Positions 39,631 through 52,032 of a DNA stretch of 64,000 nucleotides are shown piece by piece. Under the pieces are notes generated by a model that saw only the letters and a list, made by a program, of their open reading frames with translations, had not been told where the DNA came from and did not search any database. The position numbers were made by a program, and so were the translations under genes. Source of the DNA: Lepidodermella squamata. Lineage: Eukaryota; Animalia; Gastrotricha. Within the stretch, counting starts at the first letter, position 1. Every line of letters begins with the position of its first letter. Location: NCBI GenBank assembly GCA_047495785.1, contig JBLDXI010000009.1:1984001-2048000 (forward strand), written 5' to 3'.

Positions 39631-40786
39631 ATCACCGAAATCCGCAGCTGTTATCTAGACTTGATGTAGCTCATGATCATATCAATAAATAGTATACTCG
39701 CAACCATTCCGTACTCAACAATCACCCATTCTAGCATAGCAATCTTATTGATTATGCCTTGTATTGATGCAAAATTTGCCATATCTTGAAAGCTTACTCA
39801 AATTTAATATTCTCAACGTTGTTCCTTGCGCAAAATTTTCGACGTAACATTTGTTCTACTTCAGTCGGTTGATTTATTTTTCTCATGCTCTTAGATTCAT
39901 TACGATTGTGGACCCATAATACCTTATTTTCTTATGCCCTCGTTCTTCTTTTTCTATTTTGTTTATATTCAGGGGTAAAACTTTACACCCCCATGTCGCG
40001 TGCTTCTTGCTGCGTTGAGCAAGACAACTTTTGAAGATCTATGTGTTGGGTATTTTCAATAAAAAATTTCTAACCGAGAGGAAGTGTTTTGCATAGTTAC
40101 AAGTAGGTTCACTGTACCAAAAACTGATACTCTTGTGCCGTTTCAAGAGTACCATAACGGTTGAACTTGGCGCAACAATAGTCCTATAAGACATATGTTT
40201 GCTCAATCTAAATGGCGCGGAAGTCTGCCGTCAAAACGCGATGATAAACTGGTCGGTCATCGCGTGGCTGCTGGTCGTGCCGCTCGTGTGTGCCCGAAGA
40301 TGCGCTGAAACCAGCTTGGGTGTTTATTTTTCCTACACACAGCTCAGCGCATGTTGTTGCTCCGAATACACTGGGTAAAGTGGACACGCGCAAACGATAA
40401 ATTACCGGTATTTTCAGGCATAAATAAGTCTTGATAGTAGTCGTAATACTGCCATATAATATAAAGAATTGAGGATGAGAAACTACAGCCCACGTATTAT
40501 TCATAATCAGGGCGCCATCAGTCTTCTTTTGCTTCGTCTCCTTCGCTGGTACAATCACCGAGCGAAGCGTCAGTGCCACGCGACGGGAAACGAACGATGA
40601 TTTGCAGGTACATTATACGGCACCGTCCAGGAATTGCATAAACATGCATTTAATCACCACGAGTATACAACCATGTTGTCACAATGTCCCTTGTATTTAA
40701 CTTACCAGCTTGTCATCATTTTATGAGTCTCCTGGAGTTAATTATACACTCTCATAAAATCATTTTTTCCGCCATATTATAGCATT

Positions 40787-41174
40787 ATGCCGTTGTGCAT
40801 GTTACAAACTAATATTTCGGACTGGGATATCCCTGAAGATATTCACGTCAAACTTTCACAACTTGTGTCTGAAGTTTTGCGGAAACCTGAGGAGCGAATG
40901 ACCGTCATTGTTCAGGGCAACGTCCGCATGTGTCGAAGTGGCAGTCCGCGACCTACAGCTTGTTTACAGATCTGGACAAGGGGAAATTTTGCTGGCAATC
41001 AATCGTTCTCAAAGCCCATTTACGACTTTTTATCAACATCATTGCAATTACCTTTCAACAGGTTTGCCCTCCGCATGCGTTTTATTTTCTTCATTAAGTA
41101 TTGCTTTTTATAGAATAACTTTGGTGTTTCACGATAGCGGTGCAGGACCCACATCAAACCCCCCGCAAGGCTAG
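40787..41174 (+). CDS. MIF / D-dopachrome tautomerase family protein
   Basis: MPLCMLQTNI...KLSQLVSEVLRKPEER...RITLVFHD, with the catalytic Pro1 present and one short intron at about 41062-41113. Confidence 0.82.
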
Positions 41175-41795
41175 TCAAAACTAATTTGAGGCCGCTCGAT
41201 ATTTCCGCCAAGTCAAATCGTTCAATATTTTTATTGCTATACTCAAATTGCTGGTAACCTAGCAATAAAATCGACCGCGAATCGGCTGGAAGACACCAAT
41301 ACTGTCCGGTGAGAAAACATAATAGGCATATCAAAGCTGATTTCCTCAAACAAATTAGAAAGCTGAACTCTCTCCAAAAGCCGCTGTTTTATTTAAAACC
41401 ATCATCGTTCCATGGTTGTGCTAGACTCCTAAATGCTTCTGCATTTCGCGCGTTTTTACAAATACGGCATTGTTAACCAATAAAATTGCAGTGAAAGCAG
41501 CGAGATGCGAAAAAGAGAAATATTATTTACTTGGGCATACTATAGAGGCAGTAGTCTCGGTTAAAAATGGCATCAAATACTGTTGTGAAAGCAATAAAAT
41601 GTTGAAAACTTCATATTTTATGAAGATCGGTCAGCTAACAACTTCCGAGATTTTTTACGTATCAGCAAAAATTATAATAATAATAATAATATCATTTGCT
41701 TATCATACGAAAACACGTGTAATTTACAATATCGCACCAAAGACATTATTAGATCATTCTTTAGCAACGAATCAGACCTAGGTAAAAAGCAACAA

Positions 41796-44005
41796 TCACG
41801 ATAGGAGAGCAACGAGGGCATCCATGAATTTGTCCTTGTCATCCTTTCTAATAAGAATGAGATTCTGGTCAAACGTCCACGGCTTTACCCTTGAACGGCT
41901 GACAACCGCAGCTTGCTCGAAGGCTTTTCCGAAGCAATTCGACCGTTCTTCTTCGGCTGCCGACAGAGGTTGGAGGCCGCAGGCGACAAGCAGCGATTCG
42001 TCGTGAGGATACGCAGCCAAAACAACAAAAGGCAAGGAGCGGATGCGCGAGTTCTTCACGTCGCTGCAAAATGCGTGCTGCAGGTACCGAGCGAAACGGG
42101 TAAATGTGAGAGGTTGCACTAAAATAGGTGTATGTGCTCGCATCTGAAATATTTTCGTTAATTTTTATCATTTTTCTTTATATTTTCCGTCAACTCACGG
42201 GAGGTAGGGTGGTGTAGAGAAGAGGACCTAAGCGAGCGATGGACCGCGCCTGAACAACAGACCATGCTGCATCTGAAATAGCCATCACTTGTGACCGCGC
42301 CAACTCGCCGCCCTCAGACAACAAAGCATCAATGTTATGCCTGTGAAAGAGGAACAAAACACAATGGTGATGAAATCGAGAAAACATGTGAATAAACATA
42401 CTTCAAGCTGAGCGCTTCGCCGGCTTTTGCAAAGCAGGAGTGAATAGTTCTCACTTCCTTACGAGGAGCCGGAGCACCGGGCACAATGTTGGTAGAATGG
42501 TCTGCCGCAGCGCCAAACAGGCAATTGCCAGGTTCCAACATTCCCAGGGCACACATGGCAATGTCGCCCAACGACAAGTCGTATAGGTATCCCATATACA
42601 TCCAGTATACAGGATATATCAAGGATGATTGTTCCATACTGAATTCAAGTTGAAGATTGACTCATCAGCAGGCAATTAAAGTCAATACTTACCCATATTT
42701 CTCGACCCTTTCTTCGATATATTTTTTGACATTTAGCCGCAACTCACTCGAAGTTGAAGCGAACCGCTGCTGGCTTTGCGTGGGTGGTATGCTTTAAAAA
42801 AAATAATGAAAAATCGGGCAGAAGGCGTTTTCGAAGGTTTTTACCCACAATCCGCCAGAAATTCGCGAAGTCTGGCCATTCCTCGAGCGGTCCATACCCT
42901 GAAGTGACAGGCCGTGGCTTCCGTCCGTAACAAGCTGTCGTACAGTGTCCACTGGCGATACAAATCTAGGAGGAGATCCTCTCGCAAAGTCAATCGCATT
43001 TGGTTTCCCGGAACGTGAACTGACGATGCATTGGTGGATGCGCCCCCGCTCGCCACTAACGCCGAGAGTGAATTGGGCTCTGAAGCTGGCCTTCGATTCA
43101 GCCTATTCGCGTGAACGCCAACTGACTTCATTTCAGCTATATATGTATCACGATTTGTTTGGCCCATGAGAAACGCTCCCGTTAGACTCACAAGTGCCAA
43201 AAACAAGGAATCATTGGAGTCCCTCGATAGGGCGTGGGCAAGCTCGAAACAGTATACCGCAGACTTAATAGCATAAATTAGCGATAAAAATCGTATGGAT
43301 GATCATTTAGAATATACCGGTCGAGCGAAGAAAGAAAATTCGCTGTATTTGAAAAGAGCTTCTTCTCGTCTTTGTTCCCACCTAGCCCTCTCATCTCTCT
43401 TCTTCTTTCGACGGGTCAAACTTTCGAGTGAGTCAGCATCTTCGTCGTTTTCGTCTACGTCATCGATATCCTAGGCGTAAACAAAATTGAAAAAATCCAA
43501 CTTCCACCCAAATATAATTTACGTTTTCGTCCAAATCGTCACGAAAGATATCGTCGTAATGTGGTACATTGGACGTGGAATCGTCTTGTTTTATCAATAG
43601 TTTGACTTGAACGGCGTTGTAAACATTTGACACGTCGATCGGGCGATGCCAGTCGCAAATGAAGAAAACAACACCTTCTGGAGGCTGAAGAACTTCGACC
43701 AAATCTAGAGTTGCGCCACAGTTCAGGAAAATGAAGTGTTTCACGCCCCGAGAAAATTCCAGAAATTTTGATTCTATCTCTTCCAGTGATAGCACCGGTA
43801 CTATGGTGTATAACACTCCTTCGACAAAAAACAAGTTCTGTTGGGAATTGATGCATTTGAAAATAGGCATATAAGTATCATTATCACAAACCTGAAGAAT
43901 CTTAGTGGCACAAACACTGTCGAGGTCGAGCGATGCGAAAACAACGACTCGATGGGATGCTATAACATTGAAAAATTCTGATTTTATATCTCTGATAAAT
44001 ACCAT
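41796..44005 (-). CDS. CDC45: Cell division control protein 45
   Basis: Contains DLDSVCATKILQ, YTIVPV, FLNCGA, FFICDWHRP, LDLYRQWTLYDSL, RLREFLADCG and NCFGKAFE. Confidence 0.93.
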
Positions 44006-44064
44006 ATTACTAAAACCTATGTAAAGAAAAACGGTTATAACAGACGTCTCATGTACTGTGTATT
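44006..44064 (-). promoter_or_regulatory. Putative intercistronic element: AATACA (44064-44059) and acceptor AG (44018-44017)
   Basis: TTTTTCTTTACATAG acceptor lies 11 nt before the CDC45 ATG and 40 nt downstream of a variant poly(A) signal. Confidence 0.5.
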
Positions 44065-44385
44065 AAAAACACACTGTCATTTACAGGCAAATTACAAACA
44101 CTAAGCTAATTGAACGTTAATGATTAATTATGTCAATCCTGCGAACGAAATACGCTTTTAGTAAAATCGGCAAAAGAAGATGACTCTGTAGTCGTAATAA
44201 GTCTTCATCACACATCATTGGAATAGATATAACGCAGAGAAGGAACAGGCAGTGAGAATTCATAATTCTCCCAAATTCAACATATTACGAACCGTATTTG
44301 AAAAAGTTTCACCAGAAGCGCTATAATACAATTTATAACAAGGCAGAGGTACACGCACCCAGTGGCTATGTATTCTAATCGAATT

Positions 44386-45488
44386 TCATGCGTCAGATGC
44401 AGAGTTGCTTGACTCAGAAGTGCTGACACTTTCCAGGGCCTGAGAAACAGCAGCTCGGTGTAAACGTTCGCAAACGTTATCAGGATATTGTTCAGCAACC
44501 GTTTTTGATACGTTGGTTTGTTTGAGCAGCAGAGGAGCAAAATACTGGTGCTTGATCGCTTGGTCTGATGTAATCCGTTTAGCAGGGTTCAGGGTCAACA
44601 AGGCCGAAAGAAGGTGCATCAAAGACTCATCTTGAGAGTTGACACATTCGCGAAGACGATTCTCTCGCCAGCGAGGGAAAGACGCGTTATAATCACGGAG
44701 TTGCTCAACCCCAGGCCACGTTTCATTGGTCGGAGTACCCAATAAACGGAAAATTCGATAAAGCTGGTCGATTTCTGAATCACCTGGGAACAGAGGGCGC
44801 AGACTAACGAGCTCGCAAAGAATGCATCCAACGCTCCAAACGTCCACTTCCAAAGAATACCGCTGTGAACCCAGTAGCACCTCAGGGCATCGATACCAAA
44901 GCGTTACAATTTCGTGGGTGTAAGCCCGTACCGGAAGGGCAAATACACGCGCCAAGCCAAAATCAGCGATTCGAACCAAGGTTCCAGAAGAATCAATAAG
45001 AATGTTTTGAGGCTGCAATAAATCATCTTTATTAGGGTAATAAAATGGTTAAATATTACCTTCAAATCTCGATGGGGTAGTGATCGGCGATGAGCATAAT
45101 CCAACCCCAGGAGAAGCTGATAGGTAAATGAGCGGACGACCGATGCATCCGGCTTCGTCTTGTTGCGCTCATGTTGATCCAAAAACTTCTTCAAATCGTA
45201 CTGAAGGTACTCGAATACCAAAAATACTTTTTGGTCTTCGATCATCAAAGAAAGTAACTTCACAATATTTGGATGCGCTGATAGCTCACGGAGAGAAGCT
45301 ATCTCTCTAAGACTTGTCGCAGGCAAGCCTTCCTCGTCCCCATCCATCCTAATCTTCTTCATGGCAAATATTTCTCCTGTTCGGCGGTTGCGCACCTTAT
45401 ACACCACTCCATAGGTACCTTCTCCGAGTTTTTCAAGCTTCTGATATGTAGCATCAACCCTTTCATTACTGATAAATCCACTCATCAT
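44386..45488 (-). CDS. CDK1/CDK2-family cyclin-dependent kinase
   Basis: Contains GEGTYGVVYK, AMKKIR, PATSLRE (PSTAIRE variant), HRDLK|PQN, DFGLAR, YTHEIVTLWYR and GDSEIDQ, with one short intron. Confidence 0.93.
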
Positions 45489-46104
45489 AAGTAAACAACC
45501 GCGCCTAAAAATTGTTATCCATTGAATGATCAATCTTAAGCTAGCAGATAGTGATGAAAACAATGATTCTATACACTACAGCAAAACAAAGAGGTTCTAA
45601 AACCCAGAAAGGTGAATAGGTATATATGCGACATAGAGATCGATTTTTTGCCTGCGATCGCCAGGTTTGACGTTTGATTAATTGAGTAATCGTCATTAAT
45701 TCCAGTCGCCATTCTGCATTACTGAAATACAATCCAACATCTAGCATAGGCATGGTGAAAACGAACACCCAATTCAATGCGACAGCACTGTTTTTCAAAT
45801 GGGCTGGCAATAAATAAACGCAGTAATGACACGGCAATTTGTAAATCCGATAACCAATAACGTCTGGTGTGTGGCGATGAGTTGGTGCCCGTCAACCGTC
45901 AAACTTTCACGCGGAAGAAAAATTGGTTCCATCTTCCACTATTTTTGTGATAGGTTGTCTGCGTTTCGTGGCCTCATGCTTGACCATTATCCATTATCCA
46001 TCCTGCTTTGTTGGGTACGCTGCTACAGGTCTCCTTGCGGCACAGAATCGTCGAATCGATTCATCAATCCATGACGGTCCGCGAACATCTCGAAGAAAAC
46101 TTGA

Positions 46105-46120
46105 ACCGCGAAAATTCAAA
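46105..46120 (+). promoter_or_regulatory. CDE-CHR (DREAM/E2F) tandem element ACCGCG-AAAA-TTCAAA
   Basis: A GC-rich CDE, a 4-nt spacer and a TTYRAA CHR; it also reads TTTTCGCGG (E2F-like) on the minus strand. It lies about 620 nt upstream of the CDK ATG. Confidence 0.5.
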
Positions 46121-46956
46121 TTCCGCATTTTTAAAAATTTATATAACCAATGAAAAAATATTGCCAAGTGTGTTTTTAATATCTTATTACATTAACATAG
46201 ACGGACTTTGGCGCTATTTTACTTGACCGCATTAATAAAAAAAATACCGCGCATCGCGCATCTCATCGCTCGCTTTCCTCATATCTATGTTGTGTGGAGT
46301 ATGGACTCCTTTGGCTACCTCTCAGACGGTAAAGCTTGACAGTCTCTTCGCACAGTTCGCCTTCTGGCATCCCAACTACTCGGGCCAGTGGCGAGTGGCG
46401 CTCTACTTTTGGTCATTTCGTCCTAAGCAAGGAGTACTCAATCAAAAACCAAAAAACGAAACATCTTGAGATATTGCCTTGTGATTTCGATTCCACTGAA
46501 GACAAGTAGGAATGTCAATGAGAGGTTGACATTCATCCATACGATTCTCCACCGCCTTGCCATTTTTTCCATGAAGTGAAATTTACCCGGAGCGTAGTCC
46601 TTCGAAAAGTCGCAAGCCTAGCTCGCTTAATGGTCGACGATGGGCCGGGGTAATTATCTTCTCCCTAAGATTAAATATTGAATTCGTTGACAAAATTTGA
46701 TGCGCATTGCATTCTCATCGCTGCTTATAGCTCCCGATTAGCTTACTTATTTCACTTCATATATCATGGGTAAATAATACAACTGACAGCGCCTTTATAG
46801 GTGCCTTAATAATGGCCTGTAGATCGGTGCCCATGGATCCCTAACAACAAAAGACGTTAAAAATAATGTAATTACGGAATTAATATTATCAACTCCATTG
46901 AAATCGTTTCACAAGCCCTTAAGGACAGCCATTGAATTGTACATCACCAACTTTAT

Positions 46957-47651
46957 CAGTAGCGGTGCCAGGGGGGGGGGGGGGGGGCGAGGGGGGCGCC
47001 GCCCCCCTGACGAGATGTTCTCGAACTCTCGCCCCCCTGGAAATTTTCAGCTCTCAACCCAAATTTGGAGCATTTTTAGGCTATTCCTGAGGAAAACTCC
47101 ACAGAAATAGCGCCAGCTAAAGCTCGCTTCGCTCGCGTTATGGCCATTAGTCTACATTTGCGCTCTGATTCTGGAACTCCTAGGTTTTTTGTATAGGCTG
47201 CTTTCTAAGGGATTCTAAGGGACTCAATTCAACAATCAATAAGGTTTCAAAATCTCTAGTTTTAACCGATATAGCTAGGGCGCGCAGTGGGGAAACGCAC
47301 TCAGCAAGGTAGTGACGGTTTACGGCGCCTTACGCCCGTGCGCGGAAGAATTCGCTGAGATCGAGACTCCTGAAAACTCCAGGTTAAGGAAAGTGGGTCC
47401 AAATATTGAAGCATTTCTACGTTAGTCCCTGAGTGTAATTTTCAAGAAATAGCGTTAGCTAAAGCTCGCTTCTCTCGCATGCAGATTGTTGTGTCGTCGT
47501 TGGTAGCTTTTGTTACTGTCTCGAATTTAAACTCTCAGCTACAATCTGTCACACACATATACGCAAAATTGCGGTATTTTCGCTAGCTTAGTATCGTTAG
47601 TGATTGCCCCCAGCTCGCCCCCCTGACAGCAGAACCCTGGCGCCGTCCCTG
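46957..47651. mobile_element. Non-autonomous hAT-type DNA transposon (MITE), 695 bp
   Basis: Perfect 8-bp TSD AACTTTAT at 46949-46956 and 47652-47659. Imperfect TIRs are CAGTAGCGGTGCCAGGG and CCCTGGCGCCGTCCCTG, with G/C-rich subterminal runs. Confidence 0.85.
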
Positions 47652-47917
47652 AACTTTATTCCAACAATGAACGATTATAACAATCCAGTAATTACAATAG
47701 AAATTCAAACTTACACTGAAATCAATTGTATGGCATGGTTACTATAATATCTTTACCGCAGATATAAGTCGGTATCCCTTTTCTTTGCACAGAGCTGCAC
47801 TAATTTTCTACTTAGGTTTCCGGTATAGGATGGCTGTATTTGTCTCGGTTTAGCTTTCTAATACCCTATCAACTGAGCTTGCTTCTCTGTTTCAGGGTTT
47901 ATCAGATACATTGAATC

Positions 47918-48522
47918 ATGCGACGCGCTGATAAATTGATTGTATGTGTATGCATCCTCGGTATTGCTGTTTCATTGTATACGTTGTACGTCGAGTATCA
48001 AAAAGAACACGATAAAAACTACGTTGCTTTCTGTGACATATCGGAGTATGTTGCGTGTTCTAAAGTATTTACGTCAAAGTAAGTAAAACCTCAAACTTGG
48101 GACCAGTGATGTTGAATTTTGAATTCGCTCAAGGTATGGTAAAGGTTTTGGTCTAACTGCACTTATATTTGGCGAAGAAAGTCCAATGAATCAACCGAAT
48201 CCTGTATTTGGCATATTTTACTACACAAATATAATAATATTAAGTAAGTTCTATCTGATAACAAACTCTTGAACATTGCTAACACTTCAATTCAGGCTTG
48301 ATCGGGTCAAAATTCTGTACTTCGACACAACTTTTTCTGACTGGCATCTCATTGGCAGGTTGCCTATGGTTGGCATACGTGCTGTTCTTCATTCTGCATG
48401 ACTTTTGCATCGTCTGTGTATCGATGTACTGTGTTCAGACTACATTATTTATCGCTATTTTGTACAAGCGAAGGAATCCTATCTCGGTGAAGACTAAATC
48501 GAGCAAAGCAAAGAAAAATTAA
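47918..48522 (+). CDS. VKORC1: Vitamin K epoxide reductase
   Basis: Contains SLYTLYVE, AFCDIS..VACSKVFTSKYGKGFG, NQPNPVFGI and the active-site CIVC, ending in KAKKN. Two introns. Confidence 0.93.
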
Positions 48523-48786
48523 AATAAAGAAACAGCTTGCAATAAAAGAAACATTCCCGTTCGTATTTTATTTGTTTATTGAAATGATTTTCATCTAAAA
48601 CGTAAGAAACATGATGCGGCAAAAACAAGTGCATGAGAAGTATCAACAAATAAGTTTATCACGCGAGTGAGTAAAATGAGAGCAACGAAAAATGATCACA
48701 GTTTAAAATATGTGCTTCGCAAGGCGCTTGAGAACTCGATCTCCAATCGAATTGCAGGTTCGGGCGGTTACACTTTCGCCCTTGAA

Positions 48787-50684
48787 TCATCTCCAGGTGA
48801 CCCGCTTGCCTTGAACCTAAGACATAAAAAATCACTTTATAGACACATGCCGATTTACTATCAATATTTTAAGCATAGATTTCGATGAGTGGCATGGTAC
48901 ACCCCCGCTCGAAGGACTACAGTGTCGCTCTAGTCCGTAAAACATACAATGGCTATAATAATCTACGTACAGAGCTAATGTTCGAGATTTCATTCGGGAA
49001 AAGAACCTGATTACTAAAAACCTAGTTTCAAGTTTAAATCCCGCAGCAATAAGGAAAATTTAAAATGTTTATAATATAAATATAAATATCTTACCATTGG
49101 TTCAAAAGGTTCCTGCTTTTGATTTGGCTTGGTTCTGAGGCGAGCAGTTTCAATTCTAACGAGATCATCCATTTCTTCTGCCAATTTGGCTTCTTCAGCA
49201 GCTTCAACCTGACCAGCCATAGCTGTTGTTATAGCTGCAGTTCGCTGCTCAGCAACTTGTTCTTCTAAGGCGAGGCGGCGAGCTTCGCGATCTCTCTGAG
49301 AGACAAGGCGCTGTCTCGCTGAATCCATCTCAGCTTGGGCAACGTCTCGGTCTATCTCCACTTTTCGTTGAAAATTTTCCTGCTGTCTATCTCTGATTCT
49401 TTCGAATTTTTCTTTCAGTTGCAACTGACGCTCTTTCAGAACTTCTTGCATTAAACGCTCGCGGGCAACACGTTCTTTATTCCATTCTGCTTCTCGCTTC
49501 TGCCATTCACGCTCAGCTTCGTCGGCGTAGAGCTGCTCTAACTCGGCCTCGCGTTGCTTTTCGAGGCGCAGTTGCTCTTCGATAGTTTTTTGCATCCAAG
49601 CAGCATCCGCTTTGGCGACAGCTCGACGGTCCATCACTGAGTCGTCGCTCTGAGCTTGAAGTGCAGCCATTTGTGATAACAGCACTCGGTCAGCTTCGAG
49701 TTCCGCTTGGACCTGTCGACTCATACGTAATAATCGGGCAGTATGCTGCTTCTTGAGCAACTTCCCGTGTTCTAAAATGTAAAATTTTTATCAAAATATA
49801 ACAGCACAGGGACAAACTGCAACCTTCTTTTGCGCGTCGCGATTCAGCGTCCTGGCGCTCCTTTTGAAGCTTTTCCAAAGCTGCGATTTCTTCAATTATA
49901 GCGCGTTCTTCAGCTTCATAAATTTGATTCTCAGTGTCTCGTTGAACACCTTCTTCGGCTTGACGGCGGAGCTCTTCTCGGTACTCCATCTCTTGTTGAC
50001 GACGAATCGCTTGCTCCGCAGCAGTTCTAGCAGAATCAGCGCGAGCTGCGTCCTCCATTCGGCGATTCCACTCGGCCTGCTCCACGCGCTCGTAAGCCTT
50101 CTGCTCACTTCGCTCGCTCAATTGATCACCCCAGCTGTCAACAACGTACTGGTTCAAGTTTTCCGACTCTATTTTCCGAATTGCGGGATTATTCAGGCGC
50201 CAGTGCTCGTAGAGCTTCTCATCGGCAACTTGTTGACGCTCCGAATCTCGAGCCGAACGATACGTATCAACTTGTTCGCGCATTTTCACAAGCTTTACGA
50301 CATCGTCTTTCGACATGTTTCGAAGCTGGGTTTCATACTCTAGGCTTTCGTCCTTCAAAAGCTTGGCTAATTCGGTTCGTCTGCGTTGCAGTTGCATTTG
50401 CTTCATTTCGAGCTCGTGATGCTTGCGAAATGTTTCCATACTGTCGACAGGCGTATTGTTGTGCGGCGTTTTCGCCCAATTGTCATACTTGTTAGCCTGA
50501 ATTCCAGAGTCCTATTACGACAATGCGAAACAGATGAACAAGGTATATATTATTCAAGCGAAATAATTACGTGAAAATATTTGGCATTGTCATCCCATTT
50601 CTGCCTTGCAGAAAACTCTTTGTCGCGGCGGCGAACAATTGAGCTTTCAAAGGTATTCTTGCGACTAGAGCTTGATAGAGCCAT
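48787..50684 (-). CDS. TCHP: Trichoplein keratin filament-binding protein
   Basis: Contains IVRRR...RQKWDDNAKYF, LYEHWRLNNPAIR, a long coiled coil, EWNKERVARERLMQEV and a C-terminal KRVTWR. Confidence 0.85.
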
Positions 50685-50766
50685 TAAGATGCACGTAAAA
50701 ACCTATTCAAAGCAATCGATAATTTAAAATAAGATTTTATGTTAATCAAACGAGGCACTCGGTTTT

Positions 50767-51955
50767 CTAATTTTGTTTGGGATCACCCAAGAAATTATCG
50801 ACGCATCGAATAAAGTCGAAGGGTTTCTCTGAATGAACCCAATGCCCAGCTCCCTGAATAACGCAGAAAGTCGCATTGGGAAAATAACGTCGAACGATTT
50901 GATCTCGATCAGGAAGACTGTAAAGGCAAAATAAATGAAAAATAGTCGGAACATTATTAGACCTACTCCATATGTTTCGACCTTTCTCCTTGAATAAATA
51001 ATACTGGCTTCGTAAATGGTAACGTTTTCATATCAGGAAACTTCATAATTTCATCAAGAGCGGCGTGTAATGCCTTGAAGTTACATTTCCAATATATCCC
51101 TTTTTCAGGGGCCCAATCTAAGTTGGTCGCGAGCCATTGACATACCGCCATGTCCTAGGCAATAACAATTGTTTCGCGCAATTACTCAGCGAAAAATAAT
51201 TGTTACTTTGATTTTCGGCATCATTTGCGAAATAACGCTTTGGCGAACATCGGGCAACTGCTTTGACTGATCAAGGACAGCTTCTTCCAGGGCTGCCATA
51301 ATTGTTTTGATGATCGAAATTTCGTTGTAATCAGTTTCATTGGGTAGAATATCCACAACAATCAATCTTTCGACCAGTTCTGGCTGAAATCAAGAAACTT
51401 ACAGCATCAAGGCGAGATTCTAATTCCATTCAACTAACGTGCTTCAACGCCAGATACATTGCTACCTAGAAATATATACACGTTATACGAGGAAGATATG
51501 TCTATAATCGGCTTACCTTTCCACCCATGCTATGACCGAGCAGATGAACTTTAGGGTGAGACGGTAGAATCTTTTTCAACGTATGTTGCACATCATTGGC
51601 CATTATTTCATAACTGATCAGCGATGAATGAGGACTATGGCCGTGATTTCGCAAATCTAGTGTCACAACTTCTCTTCCATTCCTATGGAAATTCTTGGCT
51701 ATGGACCGCCAATTGTTCTTCGACCCCAACAAACCATGCTGAAATCCTACTTATGAACCAATCGCATTGTAAAAATGAAAGATTATCTACCTTCAATACC
51801 AACGGCGTTGGTTTTTGTTCCAATTTGATTTTGAAATGCTCGTGACTGAGAACAAATCTCTCCGCGAATAACGCATTATTCATCGATTTCGAGTGGCTGT
51901 ATGCAACACTGCGAATCAAACATCCTGGCCTTATCAACAGTTTATGGAACGGCAT
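50767..51955 (-). CDS. ABHD11: ABHD11-like alpha/beta hydrolase, paralog B
   Basis: Contains HGLLGSKNNW, DLRNHGHSP, GHSMGGK, VVDI and GAGHWVHSEKP. Five introns. Confidence 0.88.
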
Positions 51956-52032
51956 TTTTCTATGAAAGAAAAAACTAACAGGTTAGAAGGTATTCATAGC
52001 AACTACAGGCTAACAAGAAATTCCAAAGAAGC

